This document shows positions 27,331 to 38,413 of a DNA stretch of 64,000 nucleotides, piece after piece. The translations under genes were made by a program, and so were the position numbers. Each line of letters begins with the position of its first letter. Position 1 is the first letter of the stretch. The DNA is taken from contig OZ242195.1 of the NCBI GenBank assembly GCA_965205975.1, positions 512,001 through 576,000 on the forward strand, in the 5' to 3' direction. The stretch comes from Candidatus Latescibacterota bacterium (GTDB lineage: Bacteria; Latescibacterota; UBA2968). The notes beneath the pieces are model-generated. The model saw only the letters and a program-made list of their open reading frames with translations, did not search any database and was not told the DNA's origin.

Positions 27331-28500
27331 CTACCGCACGCCTAACATCAATTCGGCCAGCAATTGATCCAGACGCTCATAGCCCAATCCAATGCGTCCC
27401 ATTGCATCGATGTCAAATTGCACTTGTTTGAGTGTTTGCGATTTTTCCCGGCTGTATTTGCCCAGATGCTGTTCGTATTCGGGGTTCTGGTTTCCAATTT
27501 CTTTCAAGATTCCCTGAATTTCGGCATCTGCTTCAAATTGTGCCGCTTTATCCCTTAAGATATTGTACGTACGCATACACCCTGCGGCAAAATCCCATAC
27601 CCCTTCTTCGTCTTCTGTGCGAAATGCGTGTGCGTCGAAGTGTTTCGGGCCCGCATAACCGTTGTTTTCGAGCAAGCGCACGAGCAAAAAGGCACTTTTG
27701 TAATCTTCTGAGCCAAACCGGAAATCTTGATCATAGCGACCAAAACGCTGGTCGTTTAAGTCGATATGGAAGAGTTTGCCCGCTTCGAGCGCTTGCGCTA
27801 CGCCGTGGTGGAAATTTAACCCCGCCATGTGTTCGTGTGCAACTTCCGGGTTGACGCCCACCATCTCGGGGTAATCCAGTGTTTCGATAAACGCCAGATA
27901 ATGCCCGGTTGTGGGAAAGTACATATCGGCACGCGGTTCATTGGGTTTGGCTTCGAGCGCGAAATTCAAATCGTATTTCTGGTCGCGCACGTAATCACAC
28001 AAATAATTTAAGCCATCGCGGTAGCGTTTGAGGGCGTCAATGGGATCTTTCGCCACATTGCATTCGGCGCCTTCGCGTCCGCCCCAAAATACATAGGTTT
28101 TTGCACCCAATTCGACGCCTAAATCAATGGCTTGCATAATTTTTTGCAAGCCATAAGCGCGAATTTTGGGATCGTTGGACGTAAAGCCCCCATCCTTAAA
28201 TACGGGATGAGAAAATGTATTGGTGGTTGCCATGGGCACGACCATATCGCAATCTTTTAGGGCGTTTTTGAAATCGCTTACGATTTTATCGCGCTGCTGT
28301 GGTGTGGCGTCGATTGGCACGAGGTCGTTATCGTGCAGGTTAATGCCCCACGCGCCCAGTTCGCTCAATCGTTGCACAATCCGCTCGGGCGCAAGTGCTT
28401 GGCGCGTTGGGTCGCCAAAGGGGTCGCGTCCGGGATTTCCCACTGTCCACAAACCAAATGAAAATTTATCTTCTTTTATGGGCGTGTATGCATCGGCCAT
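27331..28500 (-). CDS. xylA: Xylose isomerase (short, actinomycete-type class)
   Basis: [48 protein letters not shown]. Confidence 0.95.
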   Translation of the reverse strand: MADAYTPIKEDKFSFGLWTVGNPGRDPFGDPTRQALAPERIVQRLSELGAWGINLHDNDLVPIDATPQQRDKIVSDFKNALKDCDMVVPMATTNTFSHPVFKDGGFTSNDPKIRAYGLQKIMQAIDLGVELGAKTYVFWGGREGAECNVAKDPIDALKRYRDGLNYLCDYVRDQKYDLNFALEAKPNEPRADMYFPTTGHYLAFIETLDYPEMVGVNPEVAHEHMAGLNFHHGVAQALEAGKLFHIDLNDQRFGRYDQDFRFGSEDYKSAFLLVRLLENNGYAGPKHFDAHAFRTEDEEGVWDFAAGCMRTYNILRDKAAQFEADAEIQGILKEIGNQNPEYEQHLGKYSREKSQTLKQVQFDIDAMGRIGLGYERLDQLLAELMLGVR

Positions 28501-28640
28501 TGGACCTCCTCAAATACATTAGAATGTGATAAGGTTATATAGCCCGTTGAGGGCGAGGCTGTAAATACTCGGCGTGCAAAATATCATGGCACGGTCTGGC
28601 TGTCAATGGACAATTCCACAACTCATCGGGAGCAAGTATA

Positions 28641-29876
28641 ATGATTATCCGCGATCCCGTTCACGGCGATATGTCCTTTAATGAATCCGAGCGCCGGGTT
28701 ATGGACACGCGACAAATGCAACGCCTGCGCGGCGTGCGCCAAACAGGATCGGCATATCTGGTTTATCCCGGTTGCGTACACACGCGATTTGAACACTCGC
28801 TGGGTACAACGGCGATGTCGCGTCGCGTGCTCGATGTCTTGAGACGTAGTGGCGCGCAAATCGTTCCCGAGCAGGCCGATGCAGTCGCACTGGCCGCGCT
28901 GGTTCACGATATCTCGCACTTGCCTTTTGGACATACTTTTGAAGATGAACGCAAGCTGTTCCCTCGCCACGATACAGCTACCCGCATGAAATATTTCTTA
29001 ACGCAAACAGAAATCGCGCAAGCACTCGATGCTTCGGGCCTGCGCGATACAGTGGTTTCTCTGCTTACGGATAAATCGTTTTCACCGGCGTGGATGCAGC
29101 AGATCGTGTCCAGCACCATCGATGCCGACTTGCTCGATTATTTGCGTCGCGATGCGTATTTTGCAGGCCTGCGTCAGGATTATGACGACCGAATTTTTAG
29201 CACCTTTATGCTTGCCGATGGAAATCTTGCGATTGATGTGACCCGTCTCAGTACGCGCACCGAGTTGCTGCATTTGCTGCGGTTGCGCTATTTCCTCACC
29301 GAGCGCGTTTATTATCATCACGCCAAAGTGTCATCGGGTGCTATGATCGCCAAAGCCGTCGAGATCGCCACAGAACACGGTCTTGCCGAAACCGATCTCT
29401 ATACCCTGACGGATGACGCTCTGTTTCGCCATTTGCTCGGCTATGAAGACCCGCGTATTGACCGTTTGATCAATGGCGTTTGCGAACGGCGGTTGCTCAA
29501 ACGCGCCTATATGATTTCGACTGCCGAAGTGGGGCGTCGAGGGCGCGATGAGTTGATCGCCACTTACAGTAGATCTGTCGAGAGTAGGCAGCAGATTGAG
29601 CGACAAATCGCCGATGCTGTGACCATCAATCCCGATCAGGTTATTCTCTATTGTCCAGATATCTCGGCCATTAAAGAAGCGCGCGTGCGCGTTGTCACGC
29701 GCAATGGCTTGAGCCGTCTGAACGATCCGCCAGACAATCCGCCTTTTGATGTAAAGGTCGTGGAAGATCAGTATGAACGGCTCTGGAAATTCTACATTTT
29801 TGCTCCCGAAGGTTATAGGGAGCGCGTTGGACAGGTGTGCGCGCGCTTCTTTGGCGAACCAAACGCGCTGATATAA
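28641..29876 (+). CDS. HD-domain phosphohydrolase (dNTPase-like)
   Basis: RDPVHG, QRLR.VRQ, HTRFEHSLG, LVHDISH.PFGH.FE, DAD..DYL.RD, VYYH. Confidence 0.9.
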   Translation: MIIRDPVHGDMSFNESERRVMDTRQMQRLRGVRQTGSAYLVYPGCVHTRFEHSLGTTAMSRRVLDVLRRSGAQIVPEQADAVALAALVHDISHLPFGHTFEDERKLFPRHDTATRMKYFLTQTEIAQALDASGLRDTVVSLLTDKSFSPAWMQQIVSSTIDADLLDYLRRDAYFAGLRQDYDDRIFSTFMLADGNLAIDVTRLSTRTELLHLLRLRYFLTERVYYHHAKVSSGAMIAKAVEIATEHGLAETDLYTLTDDALFRHLLGYEDPRIDRLINGVCERRLLKRAYMISTAEVGRRGRDELIATYSRSVESRQQIERQIADAVTINPDQVILYCPDISAIKEARVRVVTRNGLSRLNDPPDNPPFDVKVVEDQYERLWKFYIFAPEGYRERVGQVCARFFGEPNALI

Positions 29877-29882
29877 CGATCT

Positions 29883-30392
29883 TTATTGAGACCGCTGTGA
29901 TCGGTGTTTGACGCGATCAAATAACGGCATATCTGCTCGTCCAGCGCCCTCCATCTTCTTGTGGCATGAAGGGCACAGGCTGATTAGATTGCTCAGTTTA
30001 TTGGCCTCTTTTGGCGAGTCGAAAAGTCGGTACGGTATTTTGTGGTGTACATCCATCTGCCGTCCGAGTGCGTCTTCTGTAATCCCGCAAGACGCGCAAC
30101 AAAATCCATCGCGTGCGCGCGCCTTGTCTGCCTGAATTTTCCAATTTCCCCCGCGATACTCTGGACGGCCTTCCAGTACGAGTTCAAAAGCCTCATCAGA
30201 TTCCCAATGGGTTCTGCACTCGTTGCTGCAGAATTGGGAGCGGATGCCCTTTTCAGCATACCAGCGCGGTTGGGAAAATCGCTTGTCGCATTGCATACAT
30301 CGCACGGTGATATCGTCTTCGCGCCGAACTTTTTGTTCTTCTTCAAACGACAGGCGCATTTGCGGTGATGATAGATAATTTTTTTTGTTCAT
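29883..30392 (-). CDS. HNH endonuclease with N-terminal zinc finger
   Basis: CxxC...FCS.EC, RD...C..CG, DVHHKIP, N.LSNLISLC.SCH. Confidence 0.85.
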   Translation of the reverse strand: MNKKNYLSSPQMRLSFEEEQKVRREDDITVRCMQCDKRFSQPRWYAEKGIRSQFCSNECRTHWESDEAFELVLEGRPEYRGGNWKIQADKARARDGFCCASCGITEDALGRQMDVHHKIPYRLFDSPKEANKLSNLISLCPSCHKKMEGAGRADMPLFDRVKHRSQRSQ

Positions 30393-30564
30393 CGTTTTAA
30401 AACCTCACACATCAATAGCGCACTCGATTAGTCCAAATATAGGTTGGAATAAATCACAAGTCCATAGAATGTTGTGTAGAGGTATTGTGCTTCAACGTAA
30501 AGATTGGATATTGTATCTGAATTTATTATAATAATTCGCACTGACAACTGAACAGGAGAATCTC

Positions 30565-32946
30565 GTGTTTAAGAATTATATCACAATCGCGATCCGCAAT
30601 TTTTTTGGGCAAAAGACCCATTCTATAATCAATATTGCGGGTCTTTCCGTGGGCCTGACCTGTAGTTTTTTAATTTTTATGTGGATTGCCCACGAACTCA
30701 GCTACAATCAATTCCATGTGGATGGCGACCGGATCTACCGCTTTATGCGGCATCATCACGGCATGAATAAGATCTCGACGTTGTCTTCTATCCCGCAGCC
30801 GAGTGCCAAATTGCTGGAAGAGCGATATCCAGAGGTTACCGGGACCGTGCTTGTGACCTGGACTCAGCCCATGCTTTTGACACAGGGGAAACAGACTTTT
30901 CGGGAGCGCGGATATCACGCTGGACCGGCCTTTTTTAAGATTTTCACCTTTCCCCTCATCCTGGGCGATCCCGAAACCGCGCTTTCGGAACCGAATAACA
31001 TCGCTATCTCAGAGCGATTGGCTGAGAAGTATTTCGGAGAGAATTGGAGAAGTACTGCGATGGGGCAGATATTTGTGGTGAATAGTACGCACGCGTTGAT
31101 GCAATACGATAACAAAAGTTTTAAGGTGGCCGGGGTTTATGAAAACATGCCCGTAAATTCGACGCAGAGATATGACTGTATTTTGCCAATGGCATCTTAT
31201 TTGGCCAATAAACGCGGTTTTTCTCAGTGGACGGTAAATCACCTTCGGCTATACGTTCAGTTGCAAAAGGATGTCAATATCGATCAATTCAATGCCAAGA
31301 TTAAAAATATTATTAAAGAGAATGATAAGACGGTTACAAGCGATGCTTTTTTACAGCCCTATCTGGATATTCATCTGTATTCCGACTACAGGAATGGCAA
31401 GCTGGTTGGTGGTCGGATTGACTATGTGCGGATGTTTATTGTCGTGGCCGTGTTCATCATTTTGATTGCGAGTATCAACTTTATGAATTTATCGACTGCG
31501 CGTTCTACGCAACGCGCCCGGGAAATTGGGATTCGCAAGGCTGTTGGGGCGCATAAAACCATTCTGATTGGGCAGTTTATGGGAGAATCTCTCATGATGA
31601 CCATGTTCGCTGCAATTCTGGCACTGATCATGGTCATTTTGGTTTTGCCGTCGTTTAGCGATTTGATTAATCAGACGCTCACGACCGATCTTTTCAGTAT
31701 TGAGATTCTTCTGATTTTTTTTGGTATTGCGATTGTAACCGGTTTGCTCGCGGGAAGCTATCCCGCTTTTTTCCTGTCCAATTTTAATCCCGTCGTTGTT
31801 TTGCACGGTACTTTTACACCGGGGTCGGGTTCGAGTCAGTTGCGCCGGGTGCTGGTGGTGTTCCAATTCGGTCTTTCTATTTTGCTCATTATCGGCACGC
31901 TGACGGTTTATGAGCAGATTGCGTATATGCGAAATAAAGATCTGGGGATTGACCGCGATAATCTGGTGTATATACGGTTGGAAGGTGCAGCTAAGAGGCA
32001 ATATGAGGCTTTCAGACGCGAGCTTTTGCAACAGCCGGGCATTGTCGGCGTGACCAGTACCGCACATAACCCACTCAGGGTAACGAGTACCGGAACAAAT
32101 GCTATGTGGGCGGGTAGAGATCCCAGTTCAGAACATATTTTCCACAGGTTACAGGCCAACTACGATGTGGTCAATACCCTGCAAATGGAGCTTGTTCACG
32201 GGCGCGAATTTTCCAGAGATTTTCCCGGTGATCTCAGAAGTTTTATTGTGAATGAAGAAATGGCCCGGGCTATGGGCATGGAAAACCCGGTTGGCACTCG
32301 TCTGCGGTTTGGCCGCGAAGGTCCAATTATTGGCGTGGTTAAAAATTTTCATTTTCAATCACTGTACACCGCCATCGAACCGCTGATTATTCTTCTGAGT
32401 CCCGCCCGGACGGAGTATTTATTTGTGCGTATTGCCGCGGGACAAACGGCTGAGGCCATTGCAGGTATTGAGCGGGCATTTAAGAAATTCAATGCGGACC
32501 GTGCTTTTGAATTTTCTTTTCAGGACGAACAGTTTGAAAACATGTATCGCAACGAAAGCACGATGGGCACGCTGGCCACTTTTTTTGCAATTTTCGCCAT
32601 TTTTATTTCTTGCCTGGGTCTGTTTGGCCTGGCGTCCTATACCGCCGAACAACGCACTAAGGAAATCGGTATTAGAAAAATTCTCGGCGCGTCTATCCCC
32701 AATCTCGTTATTCTGCTCTCCAAAGAGTTTATCCGGCTGGTTGTCGTCTCCTTTGCACTGGCCGCTCCGCTGGCTTATCACTTTATGAACGATTGGTTAA
32801 ATGATTTTGCCTACCACACATCTCTGGGCTGGCGCGTCTTTGTTTTTGCTGGCGTCCTTTCTTTGATTATCGCCTGCCTCACTGTGAGCTATCAAGCCGT
32901 CAAAGTTGCTATGGCCAATCCCGTTGAATCGCTGCGGTACGAGTGA
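30565..32946 (+). CDS. ABC transporter permease (duplicated MacB/FtsX-like)
   Basis: INIAGLSVGL, INFMNLSTARS..RAREIGIRK..GA, QRTKEIGIRK.LGAS, ANPVESLRYE. Confidence 0.92.
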   Translation: MFKNYITIAIRNFFGQKTHSIINIAGLSVGLTCSFLIFMWIAHELSYNQFHVDGDRIYRFMRHHHGMNKISTLSSIPQPSAKLLEERYPEVTGTVLVTWTQPMLLTQGKQTFRERGYHAGPAFFKIFTFPLILGDPETALSEPNNIAISERLAEKYFGENWRSTAMGQIFVVNSTHALMQYDNKSFKVAGVYENMPVNSTQRYDCILPMASYLANKRGFSQWTVNHLRLYVQLQKDVNIDQFNAKIKNIIKENDKTVTSDAFLQPYLDIHLYSDYRNGKLVGGRIDYVRMFIVVAVFIILIASINFMNLSTARSTQRAREIGIRKAVGAHKTILIGQFMGESLMMTMFAAILALIMVILVLPSFSDLINQTLTTDLFSIEILLIFFGIAIVTGLLAGSYPAFFLSNFNPVVVLHGTFTPGSGSSQLRRVLVVFQFGLSILLIIGTLTVYEQIAYMRNKDLGIDRDNLVYIRLEGAAKRQYEAFRRELLQQPGIVGVTSTAHNPLRVTSTGTNAMWAGRDPSSEHIFHRLQANYDVVNTLQMELVHGREFSRDFPGDLRSFIVNEEMARAMGMENPVGTRLRFGREGPIIGVVKNFHFQSLYTAIEPLIILLSPARTEYLFVRIAAGQTAEAIAGIERAFKKFNADRAFEFSFQDEQFENMYRNESTMGTLATFFAIFAIFISCLGLFGLASYTAEQRTKEIGIRKILGASIPNLVILLSKEFIRLVVVSFALAAPLAYHFMNDWLNDFAYHTSLGWRVFVFAGVLSLIIACLTVSYQAVKVAMANPVESLRYE

Positions 32947-32973
32947 GACTTAATTTTTTAATGAGGGTAAACA

Positions 32974-33750
32974 ATGAAATCCCTAACTCTGCTTTCGGGC
33001 CATGCTATGCCTGTTGTCGGTCTCGGTACCTGGCCAATGAGAGGCAATCAATGTAAAGAGGTCATTAAGCAGGCTCTCGAACTGGGCTATACGCATTTCG
33101 ATACGGCCTGGATCTATCAGAATCAGCGCGAGATCGGCGAAGCCCTGCGGGAGGTCGGTGCTGATCGCTCAAAACTTTTTATTACTTCTAAAGTCGGTAG
33201 AGATTATCTGCAATATGATGTCGCGATGGAACAAGCCGACGATATTCTCGAATATCTCCAGATGGACTACGTGGATTTGCTGCTCGTTCACTGGCCTAAC
33301 GAGACCGTGCCTATGGAGGGAACGATTCGCGCTTTCAACGAGTTTTTCGATGCGGGAAAAGCGAGAAGTATTGGGGTTAGCAACTTTTCGGTCGAACAAA
33401 TGGAACGCGCCCGTTCGCTCTCTACAGCACCTATCAGTGTGAACCAGATCAAATACCATCCTGGTTATGAACAGCGAGATGTTTTGCAATGGTGCCTGGA
33501 AAACGATGTGGTGGTGACTGCGTATTCCCCTCTGGGGAAGAAGGGTATTCTTCGAGATCCCGTTCTGCTGGAGATCGCCCGTATCCACGATAAGACCTCT
33601 GCACACGTCGCCCTCAAGTGGCTGCTGCAAAAAGGCATGATCGTTATTCCCAAAGCGAGTTCCAGAGAACATCTCCAGGCGAATCTCGATGTTTTTGACT
33701 GGTCCTTATCTGAAAGCGAGATGCAGTCCATTGACCGCATAGCGGGGTAA
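32974..33750 (+). CDS. Aldo/keto reductase
   Basis: GLGTW, DTA.IY.N, FITSK, DLLLVHWP, IGVSNF, AYSPL, IPK.S. Confidence 0.93.
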   Translation: MKSLTLLSGHAMPVVGLGTWPMRGNQCKEVIKQALELGYTHFDTAWIYQNQREIGEALREVGADRSKLFITSKVGRDYLQYDVAMEQADDILEYLQMDYVDLLLVHWPNETVPMEGTIRAFNEFFDAGKARSIGVSNFSVEQMERARSLSTAPISVNQIKYHPGYEQRDVLQWCLENDVVVTAYSPLGKKGILRDPVLLEIARIHDKTSAHVALKWLLQKGMIVIPKASSREHLQANLDVFDWSLSESEMQSIDRIAG

Positions 33751-33755
33751 ACGAA

Positions 33756-35390
33756 ATGAATGAGAAAAACAGGCCCAATGTCGTTCTTATCATTACGGAC
33801 GATCAGGGGTACGGTACTGTGGGGGTACACGGGAATGACCAGGTCAGGACGCCCAATATGGATCGTTTGGCCAATGAAGGGGTAGCGTTTGACCGGTTCT
33901 ACGGGAATCCGCTTTGTTCGCCTTCTCGAGCCGCGTTGATGACTGGGCGGTATTTCTATCGAACCGGAATTCTACACACGTCTCGAGGGGGTGCATTGAT
34001 GTCGGGCCATGAGGTCACTGCCGCCGAGCTGTTTCGAGATGCCGGGTACCGCACCGGGATTTTTGGGAAGTGGCATCTCGGTGATAATTACCCCATGAGG
34101 CCCATGGACCAGGGATTTGAGAAAGCCGTGTGGCACAAAGGCGGAGGGATCGGGCAGACTCCCGTAAGGCCAAACAGCTACTTTGACTCACTTCTGTGGC
34201 GAGAGGGGGAAGAGTTCCAGGCGAAAGGGTACTGTACGGATGTCTTCTTTGACGAGGCCCTCGCGTTCATCGAGGAACATCAAAGTGAGCCTTTTTTCCT
34301 CTATATTCCGACGAACGCGCCGCACGATCCTCTCGAGATCAGTGACGAATATGCGGATCCCTATCGCGAGATGGGTCTGGATGACAGCGTCGCACGAATC
34401 TATGGAATGGTCGAGAATATCGACGACAATATTGGGCGGCTCAGGGAACTGCTGGAACGTCTCGGGCTGGATGAGGATACAATCATCATCTTTACGTCCG
34501 ATCACGGTCCCGCGGGCGGGAGGTACAATGCCGGACTCAGATCGACAAAAGGAGACGTGTACGAAGGCGGAATTCGCGTTCCGTATTTTATGAGGTGGCC
34601 GAAAGGGTTGCCGGCTGGTTTCAAAACCGACAAGATTGCCTCACACATCGATGTTCTGCCCACTTTGTTGTCGCTTTGTAACGTGGATTCTCCCTCTGAT
34701 CTCGGGATGGATGGCGTGGATCTGACGCCTCTGATTCGAGGTCAGGAAGTGGCATGGCTTGATCGCACCCTTTTCATTCAGACACACCGGGGGAGCCGTC
34801 CGCGACAGTACCACAACTGTACGGCGATAACCCAGCGCTACAAGTGGTTGGGTTATCCCGGTACTGGTGGACAGTGGGATTTTGAGGCTTCTTCGACAGA
34901 CCCTGTGATGGAGCTGTACGATCTCGAAGACGACCCTGGCGAAGAGAAAGAGATAGGTGGCCTGATGCCCGATCTTGTAGCGCGGATGAAGAAAGACTAC
35001 GACGCCTGGTTCGACGATGTGGCTTTGGATTGGCAGGCGGGGGTTATTCGCATTGGGAATTCGGCGGAGAATCCTCTCACGCTGTGTCGCTATCAGGATT
35101 CAGAATACATATCCGAACTCCCACATGGCTGGCGGGTGAAGATCGAACGGAGCGGAACCTATGAGCTTCGAATCAACCGTGAGTCGCTAAATGGCGCGGG
35201 TGCCCTCGGGGTTCAGTGGCAGGGGAATACTCAGAGAAGCCCACTGGCTGCGGGAGAGAATACAGGACGGTTCGAGCTTGAAGCGGGGGACGGCAAGCTG
35301 GAGATTTGGTTCGAGCTCGAAGACATAGGTCGCGTGGCGTTTTCAAGCAATTTGACGATTGGGGATGTGGAGGTGGATTACCTGGGGTAG
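33756..35390 (+). CDS. Arylsulfatase (FGly-dependent, Cys type)
   Basis: [45 protein letters not shown]. Confidence 0.93.
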   Translation: MNEKNRPNVVLIITDDQGYGTVGVHGNDQVRTPNMDRLANEGVAFDRFYGNPLCSPSRAALMTGRYFYRTGILHTSRGGALMSGHEVTAAELFRDAGYRTGIFGKWHLGDNYPMRPMDQGFEKAVWHKGGGIGQTPVRPNSYFDSLLWREGEEFQAKGYCTDVFFDEALAFIEEHQSEPFFLYIPTNAPHDPLEISDEYADPYREMGLDDSVARIYGMVENIDDNIGRLRELLERLGLDEDTIIIFTSDHGPAGGRYNAGLRSTKGDVYEGGIRVPYFMRWPKGLPAGFKTDKIASHIDVLPTLLSLCNVDSPSDLGMDGVDLTPLIRGQEVAWLDRTLFIQTHRGSRPRQYHNCTAITQRYKWLGYPGTGGQWDFEASSTDPVMELYDLEDDPGEEKEIGGLMPDLVARMKKDYDAWFDDVALDWQAGVIRIGNSAENPLTLCRYQDSEYISELPHGWRVKIERSGTYELRINRESLNGAGALGVQWQGNTQRSPLAAGENTGRFELEAGDGKLEIWFELEDIGRVAFSSNLTIGDVEVDYLG

Positions 35391-35403
35391 GGACGGTAGA
35401 AAT

Positions 35404-36513
35404 ATGAGCGAAATCGTTAAGATAAGGACGCGGCTGTTCGAAGTGCCATTGGCGGAGGTGCTTGTCGATGCCAAGCATGGCGACCATAGTCACTTTGAAC
35501 TGATTACCGTTACAATAACACTTGTGGATGGGTATGAGGGAACCGGGTACACTTATACCGGTGGTCGCGGTGGCAGGTCGATTAAAGCTATGATCGACAC
35601 GGATCTGGCTCCCAGATTGATTGGCAGGGATGGCACGGATGTGGAAGAGATCAACGATTGGTGCGAATGGTATATCCATTACGTCGGTCGTGGCGGGGTC
35701 TCGTCATTTGCGATATCGGCGATCGACATCGCTCTTTGGGATATCCGCTGCAAACGCAAGGGTCTGCCCTTGTGGAAAGTTTCGGGTGGCGCGCGTGCAA
35801 GTTGCAAAGCCTATGGCGGAGGCATTGATCTGAATTTTCCACTTCCGAAACTTCTCGATAACATCCGTCGCTATCTCGACAAGGGCTTCAACGGGGTCAA
35901 GATTAAGGTTGGACAACCCACCCTTGATGAAGATGTAGAGCGGGTGCAGGCGGTTCGAAAGCTTATCGGTCCCGATATTGCTTTCATGGTCGATGCAAAC
36001 TACTCGATGAGTGTCGGGTACGCTATTGAGGCGGCTAACCGATTTAAGGCGTTCGATATCCTGTGGTTTGAGGAGCCTACGCTTCCAGACGACTATCTGG
36101 GTTATGCCGAGATTGCCGATGCTACGGGAATGCCTTTATCGATGGGCGAGAACCTTCATACGATACATGAATTTGGCTACGCTTTTGAACAGGCTAAGCT
36201 CTCTTATATTCAGCCTGATGCTTCCAATTGTATGGGGATTACGGGCTGGCTGAAGGTTGCCGAATTGTCGCGTAAGTACGAAGTCCCAATATGCTCTCAC
36301 GGCATGCAGGAGTTGCACGTCAGCCTGGTTTCTGCGCAACCCAATGCAGGTTGGATGGAATACCACAGCTTTCCAATCGACGAGTACACGAAGCGTCCGT
36401 TGAAGATCGAAAACCACCGGGCAATTGCGCCTGATGATCCGGGCATTGGCGTAGAATTTGACTGGCCCAAACTCGAACCTTATTGCGTCTCCGATTTGGC
36501 ATTTGGCGAATAA
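35404..36513 (+). CDS. Mandelate racemase/enolase superfamily enzyme
   Basis: [34 protein letters not shown]. Confidence 0.9.
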   Translation: MSEIVKIRTRLFEVPLAEVLVDAKHGDHSHFELITVTITLVDGYEGTGYTYTGGRGGRSIKAMIDTDLAPRLIGRDGTDVEEINDWCEWYIHYVGRGGVSSFAISAIDIALWDIRCKRKGLPLWKVSGGARASCKAYGGGIDLNFPLPKLLDNIRRYLDKGFNGVKIKVGQPTLDEDVERVQAVRKLIGPDIAFMVDANYSMSVGYAIEAANRFKAFDILWFEEPTLPDDYLGYAEIADATGMPLSMGENLHTIHEFGYAFEQAKLSYIQPDASNCMGITGWLKVAELSRKYEVPICSHGMQELHVSLVSAQPNAGWMEYHSFPIDEYTKRPLKIENHRAIAPDDPGIGVEFDWPKLEPYCVSDLAFGE

Positions 36514-36617
36514 TGACCGGTTGCCACACGCGCCAGGCCTGCGGATGTTGCTCAACTCGGCGAACTACGCGAAGATCCGTAACATCTCTACGATAATCCA
36601 GCATTATCTATCTCCTC
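36508..36617 (-). pseudogene. 5' relic (RBS plus ~33 codons) of the sialidase-like gene at 38414-39529
   Basis: 110-nt direct repeat of 39430-39539 with about 9 mismatches by manual alignment. Confidence 0.85.
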
Positions 36618-36711
36618 GACCTGAAGGCATCCTTCTTGATATAGTAAGATAAATAGTATAGATTTCTGACATCAGTGTCAAAATACGTTTGAATGTAAGG
36701 AATGTAGTCCA

Positions 36712-37335
36712 ATGACCGGAATCGCCGACAAGATCATGCAGAGGGTGTCTGTCCACGATAGCGGAAGATGGGTGTGTACGCCGAAGGACTTCCTGGACCT
36801 CGGCAGCCGCGAGGCCGTTGACCAGGCTCTGTCGCGTCTCGTCAAGGCGGGACGGCTGCGCCGGATGGGCCATGGCCTGTACGACAGGCCGAGGATCAGC
36901 AATGTGCTGAATCGGCCTGCGCCCGTCGATCTGGATGCGGCCATCACAGCACTGGCACGGCGGGATGGCGTGCGGATCATGCCGGATGGATTGGTGGCTG
37001 CGAATCAATTAGGTCTTACCAACGCCGTGCCCGCGAAGGTCAGCTATGTGACGGATGGCCATTCCAGGACCCTCAAGATTGACGGAAGAACCGTCCGGTT
37101 CCGGCATGTGGGCCCAAGCGTCATGCGGTGGGCGGGAAGACCCGCCGCGCCAGTGGTTCAGGCGCTGCGGTGGCTGGGCTCCCGCGTAGCCGCGGACGGA
37201 GAGATTGTCTCGATGCTGAATCGCCATCTTCCCGACGCAGTGAAGCTCGATCTGTTGCACAATAGCCGCGATCTTCCCGGCTGGGCATTGCCGCTGGCGC
37301 GCAGCATCGCGAGCGACCTGATCGACGATGTGTAG
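36712..37335 (+). CDS. DUF6088 / AbiEi-like type IV antitoxin (orphan)
   Basis: DFLDLGSREAVDQALSRL...G.LRR.G.GLY..P, AANQLGLT..VP....Y.TDG.SR. Confidence 0.85.
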   Translation: MTGIADKIMQRVSVHDSGRWVCTPKDFLDLGSREAVDQALSRLVKAGRLRRMGHGLYDRPRISNVLNRPAPVDLDAAITALARRDGVRIMPDGLVAANQLGLTNAVPAKVSYVTDGHSRTLKIDGRTVRFRHVGPSVMRWAGRPAAPVVQALRWLGSRVAADGEIVSMLNRHLPDAVKLDLLHNSRDLPGWALPLARSIASDLIDDV

Positions 37336-37367
37336 GATAAGCGGATTTATATTTATAGGAGAACAGC

Positions 37368-38387
37368 ATGACACCCATCAGACTTGGCGTTGTTGGTCTT
37401 GGTCTTGGTCAATGGATAGTAGAAACTGCGAAGAGAATCGAGGGTGCCCACGTTGTGGCAGTTGCTGAGAATATGCCCGCTCGATTGGATGGTATGGGGG
37501 GGTATAGAGCCTATGAGAAGGAAAATGATCTCAGGCTTTACGAAGATGCAGACCAGATGATGGATAGCGAATCGTTGGACGCGATCGCACTTGCGGTGAC
37601 GCCCAAACATCGCAGAGCGCTGATCGAATCGGCTGGCAACAGGGGTATCCCAATGCTGATCGAGAAGCCCTGGGCAGGAACTGTCAAAAATGGAAGAGAT
37701 CTGGTTGACTTGTGCAACAGTTTTGATTTGCCCTGTCAGGTCGAATTTCCGATCCGTTGTATGCCTGCAATGGTGCGGTTGCGAGAACTCCTGAAAGGCC
37801 CTCTCGGAAAAGGGTGGATGGCGAATGGCAATCTGATGATGGGTTGGTGCCCTCCGCCAGAATCAACAAAACACTGGGATCCGGAAAACCACAATGGGCT
37901 TATCAACGAGTGCTATGTACATCTTTTCGACACGCTGGCATTTTTACTGGGCAAGCCCAAATCCGTATTCTCATTTGGGGGATCGTTCAGGGGTAGCCCA
38001 ATGCCGGATGCGGCCGCAGCAGTTATTGAGTTTGAATCTGGGGCCTCCGCTTCGCTGACTTGTGGTGGCATTGGTGCTGTTTGTGCTGATGGCGGACATC
38101 TTCTGGATATTTGGACAGAGAACGGATTGGCACGCATAACTGGCACGCAATGGCTACCGGATACGCTGGAATGGGCCCTGAGGGAGGCCAAAGAATCTAC
38201 AGTCGAGACGTTTCACGCGCCTGAGCGAACGACCCTGATGGAGTACAATATGCGTGCATTTTTTAACGCGGTCCGAAGCGGTGCCCCCGTAGCTGCAACA
38301 CCGGAAGACGGACTGATTGCAACAGCCGTCGCGATGGCCATTCAAGAATCTATTGTTACGGGGAATCGCGTTGCGGTGGACTATTAG
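37368..38387 (+). CDS. Gfo/Idh/MocA oxidoreductase
   Basis: LGVVGLGLG, LIEKP, H.FD. Confidence 0.85.
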   Translation: MTPIRLGVVGLGLGQWIVETAKRIEGAHVVAVAENMPARLDGMGGYRAYEKENDLRLYEDADQMMDSESLDAIALAVTPKHRRALIESAGNRGIPMLIEKPWAGTVKNGRDLVDLCNSFDLPCQVEFPIRCMPAMVRLRELLKGPLGKGWMANGNLMMGWCPPPESTKHWDPENHNGLINECYVHLFDTLAFLLGKPKSVFSFGGSFRGSPMPDAAAAVIEFESGASASLTCGGIGAVCADGGHLLDIWTENGLARITGTQWLPDTLEWALREAKESTVETFHAPERTTLMEYNMRAFFNAVRSGAPVAATPEDGLIATAVAMAIQESIVTGNRVAVDY

Positions 38388-38413
38388 GCAAACAGGCAAG
38401 ACTATAACACGAA

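Noticed and set aside
28641..30392. HD hydrolase plus HNH as a defence pair
   Set aside because: The genes are convergent and sit among housekeeping genes; nothing links them.
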